A stretch of DNA of 63,507 nucleotides, counting the filler, from Neoconidiobolus thromboides FSU 785 (taxonomy: Eukaryota; Fungi; Entomophthoromycota): the NCBI GenBank assembly GCA_025603075.1. It is 5 parts of 5 records of this genome, joined end to end, with 100 filler letters (N's around TTAATTAATTAA, not from the genome) between each part and the next. Parts side by side here need not be neighbours in the genome. Positions count along the whole stretch, not along the records: positions 45,024 to 61,027 come from MU626594.1; positions 61,128 to 62,235 come from MU627038.1; positions 62,336 to 63,507 come from MU627024.1; 2 more parts are not named here. One strand, given 5' to 3'. Shown piece after piece: positions 60,585 through 63,507 of the stretch. Position 1 is the stretch's first letter. Each line of letters starts with the position of its first letter. The notes below the pieces were generated by a model. It was given only the letters and a program-made list of their open reading frames with translations, did no database searches and was not told where the DNA came from. A program made the position numbers and the translations under genes.

Positions 60585-61027
60585 TGTACTTTATCATAAA
60601 AGCTACTTTCCTTGATATTTTTATAGCCTGTAAACTAAATCGATTTTAATATTTAGACCAAATAGAATCCGGTATACAATTATGTAAAAAATAATAAATA
60701 TAAGTGAGGTGCAGTGAAATAAAATCAGTTTTAAACTTTATTAATTATTATAAATTTAAGCTTATTTTTATTTTATAATAAGAACCTAGATTATATTATA
60801 GTGTTCTTTAAGGAAAAAAGTTTATTATACTATTCCGTTATATTTATCGGGTAGATGTCATTGGTACTCAATTACACTAATTATATATATATTGACTTTT
60901 ACTATGCTTTATTAGTTTTCAAACTAAAGCTAAGTAATGATTAATATTTGTCTCAGAGTTTATAGTCAGAGACTTAACTATCTCCTTCACACAATCTTTG
61001 ATAGTAAGAAAAGTAACAACTTAAAGC
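60585..61027 (-). repeat. Young dispersed repeat, copy 2 (+ strand begins TGTAC; truncated by the join)
   Basis: Inverted, about 99% identical copy of 45178-45620. Confidence 0.85.
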
Positions 61028-61127
61028 NNNNNNNNNNNNNNNNNNNNNNNNNNNNNNNNNNNNNNNNNNNNTTAATTAATTAANNNNNNNNNNNNNNNNN
61101 NNNNNNNNNNNNNNNNNNNNNNNNNNN
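61028..61127. other. Artificial contig-join linker
   Basis: 44 N + TTAATTAATTAA + 44 N. Confidence 0.95.
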
Positions 61128-61724
61128 ATTTCGCCAAATTCTTTTTGTAGTCCATGTAAGTTTCTAACTCCTTTGATAAGATGCTCATCTAAAGATTTAG
61201 CAGAACGAATAAAAATATCTGATCATCAATTTTCATTATTCCCTCCCTGTTTGATTTCTTTTGGAATTAATTTAGATGCTCTCATAGATTTTGGAACCCC
61301 TTGGGTTAAGAAAATGATAGCTAATGCGATAAGGTTAAGAGTAATCAATTGAATTTGATCTTTTAGGCCTAAAATAAGTGATAAAGTACGTATAGCATGG
61401 TTTCCAGTTAATCCATGCAATAAAAAAATCGAAAGCATTTTGACGATATAAACCACCAAATACTTCGACTGCTCTGATACTTAAATCATTACTATGCCCT
61501 TTAACATCATCTTTGCTTACTACGAATTTGTTAGCTAGTTTTACTAAACTGAAGCTATTTTTCTCTATTACCCCCTTAAGACCATTAGCAAACCGTCCTT
61601 TTGTTCCTTTTTCATTAAGGGTTTTTGCTCCGATATTTTTTAATTCTTCTAATGTGAGATGCGCAGAATATGATTTAGTTGTAGATTTGTTAGAATTGGA
61701 AGTGCTTATGTTCATTTTGTTCAA
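61128..61724 (-). pseudogene. Frameshifted, stop-interrupted ORF of unknown family, possibly TE-derived
   Basis: Overlapping minus ORFs 61335-61724 and 61226-61459, plus a protein-like continuation after tandem TGA codons (SDIFIRSAKSLDEHLIKGVRNLHGLQKEFGE) running into the join. Confidence 0.35.
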
Positions 61725-61906
61725 TATCTTCTGTGCTTATTTCTTCTGGTTGAATAGAATTAATGACATCATCAAGATCAAGGTAATAGTTATAAGTATA
61801 AGCTAAGCCTTCAGCTGCAACCATTGGGTTGTAAAACTTTACAGGATATCCTAAATGAATTAAAGGACATAGTACGGTTCCAGAAAGTCCTGAGATAATT
61901 TTTGGA

Positions 61907-62011
61907 ATATGGAGATGTTTTTTGGCTTCATTACTTTTTCGATTTTTTAAGCACTAGTTGAGCGGAAAAATTGTTAGTAAAATTCTTGAATATAAAAATA
62001 CATCCCCATAT
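61907..62011 (-). mobile_element. MITE-like element copy
   Basis: ATATGGAGATG...CATCCCCATAT. Confidence 0.85.
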
Positions 62012-62235
62012 ACTTCTTTAAAGCAGGAATAACTCCCAATCTACTAACCTTTAATTATCAAAAAACTTTAAGAATATGCGCTATGACTAAAGTTAGATAT
62101 TTAATAAAGACAAAAAACATTAACCTTATTCTTTATCAGTTATATATTCTTCATAATTTTCAAGGTTTATATCATATTTATCTTCTGTTAATGGTTCAAG
62201 ATAAATCATTGCACTGCTGTAATATTGATCTAATA

Positions 62236-62335
62236 NNNNNNNNNNNNNNNNNNNNNNNNNNNNNNNNNNNNNNNNNNNNTTAATTAATTAANNNNNNNNN
62301 NNNNNNNNNNNNNNNNNNNNNNNNNNNNNNNNNNN
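62236..62335. other. Artificial contig-join linker
   Basis: 44 N + TTAATTAATTAA + 44 N. Confidence 0.95.
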
Positions 62336-62901
62336 CTTTGGTAACAAATTAAAAGTTTCAATACTAAATGGGAATCATGGTATTTATCTTAGAAATCAAA
62401 AGTTTTTTAATACTGTTATGGCAGGCATTTGAATAAGGCATTATTGTATATTAATAGTTATTTAATATAATAATAATCAATGATTTCTTCTTAAAAGTAT
62501 GTATTAAAATAATAGATAATGATTTTTTAGTTTATTAAATGTTGAGTATTAATATAATATGAATGAAATTAATAAATGTTAATAAACTAAATGATTTTTA
62601 ATATATTTCTGTTTTTACTATAAACAACTTTATAAAAGTTTCATTTGCTTACTTTTTCAACGTTTGAAGTATAATTTAAGGAAATTTTTAAGCCCAATTT
62701 TAGGAAAGATACAATTATATTCTTTTCTTCATAAGCAGTTTAACCAAATACAGCCATTTTTTTCAATAGCGTTCGAAGTAGAGTCCATCCGATTGGAATC
62801 ATACTTTAACGTTTTTGGAAGAGCAATTTAAAGATTGCCTTATTTCTTACTTTTGTAAGTTATATTTTAGGAGTATCAGTTATTTTGAATATGGCAGAAG
62901 T

Positions 62902-63005
62902 ATATGGGGATATATTTTTTTGTTTAAGAATTTTACTAACAATCTTTCTGCTTAGTAGCGCTTAAAAAATGGAAAAATAGTGAAACTAAGAAAACAGCCC
63001 CATAT
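62902..63005 (+). mobile_element. MITE-like element copy
   Basis: ATATGGGGATA...CAGCCCCATAT. Confidence 0.8.
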
Positions 63006-63189
63006 GCCAAAATTTACGTTCTAAAAGCATTTATTTCGAATTCCCTAGTATTTGGCCATTAATTAGCTGTTCAAATAGATATTTTTCTACTATAAAAAAT
63101 AGACTTTCCTATTAATTAGATATTAGTACCCATTTTTAATATTGTCATACTATAAATTTTATTTCAATATTTGCAGTGGATCACGAAAA

Positions 63190-63293
63190 CATGAGTACAT
63201 TTTTTTTGGTTTTATCACTTTTCCATCTTTTAATTGTTATTTGAGCAGAAAAATTATTAGTAAAATTCTTACGAAAGAATACATCCACGTATA
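63190..63293 (-). mobile_element. MITE-like element copy (degenerate)
   Basis: Family core, ends ATACATCCACGTAT. Confidence 0.7.
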
Positions 63294-63507
63294 TTTAATT
63301 TTTAAACACTAACATAAATCAAAAATTATAACTTTAATATGACAATTAAATAACTATCAAAACAATATAAAAGATATTATAAATTTTTAAAAGCTTGTGA
63401 TCTTAAATTAACATTAAAACGTAATTTTATTTACAACGTATTAAATTAGATAATTAAGAGTTCATTTCCTTTTTAGCATCACCTTGTAATTTAGAAGCTT
63501 TACCTTC

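Noticed and set aside
45024-61027. A 16-kb giant TIR or composite transposon carrying cargo
   Set aside because: The enclosed genes are core housekeeping (PHO88, GGT, L34, GatA), there is no transposase, and the outer ends are hidden in joins; independent insertions are simpler
60585-61806. One intact minus-strand LTR retrotransposon (gag at 61.1-61.8 kb, 3' LTR at 60585)
   Set aside because: No matching 5' LTR to the right of the ORF, the gag resemblance is weak, and the parts are separated by an artificial join
2900-63293. MITE copies or the 9-/10-bp tandem repeats as a CRISPR-like array
   Set aside because: Copies are dispersed in both orientations without regular spacers, the context is eukaryotic, and there are no cas genes

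Overview
This is very AT-rich eukaryotic DNA with short GT-AG introns, most consistent with an early-diverging fungus (Zoopagomycota/Mucoromycota-like; inference). It is five contigs joined by artificial 100-bp linkers (44 N + TTAATTAATTAA + 44 N at 26936, 44924, 61028 and 62236), so adjacency across those points is unverified. Contig 1 (1-26935) holds three Gly/Ser-rich secreted-protein genes and a tandem array of five paralogous Ser/Thr-rich, probably GPI-anchored genes. Four of those five carry a positionally conserved PacC/Rim101-type TGCCAAG site, and the fifth has a one-base variant. Next come tRNA-Asp and a compact candidate siderophore cluster: two paralogous intronless IucA/IucC (NIS) synthetases bracketing a UPF0014/FetB-like permease, with nine perfect ATCWGATAA iron-GATA-repressor-type sites. 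An HSP20 3' fragment ends the contig. Contig 2 has two secreted proteins built from a Cys/Trp-rich repeat I do not recognise, exportin-7 flanked by two identical inverted tRNA-Leu(TAA) genes, and DUF1769, TLC and Set3-like PHD-SET genes. Contig 3 has PHO88, GGT, mito-L34, GatA and a homeobox gene, with inverted copies of a near-identical 443-bp repeat at or near both ends. A ~105-bp MITE-like element occurs about 24 times across the window. The best candidate for an undescribed system is the dual-NIS + FetB-like cluster with its GATA sites, possibly together with the adjacent cell-wall array. All assignments come from motif recognition by eye; no searches were run.
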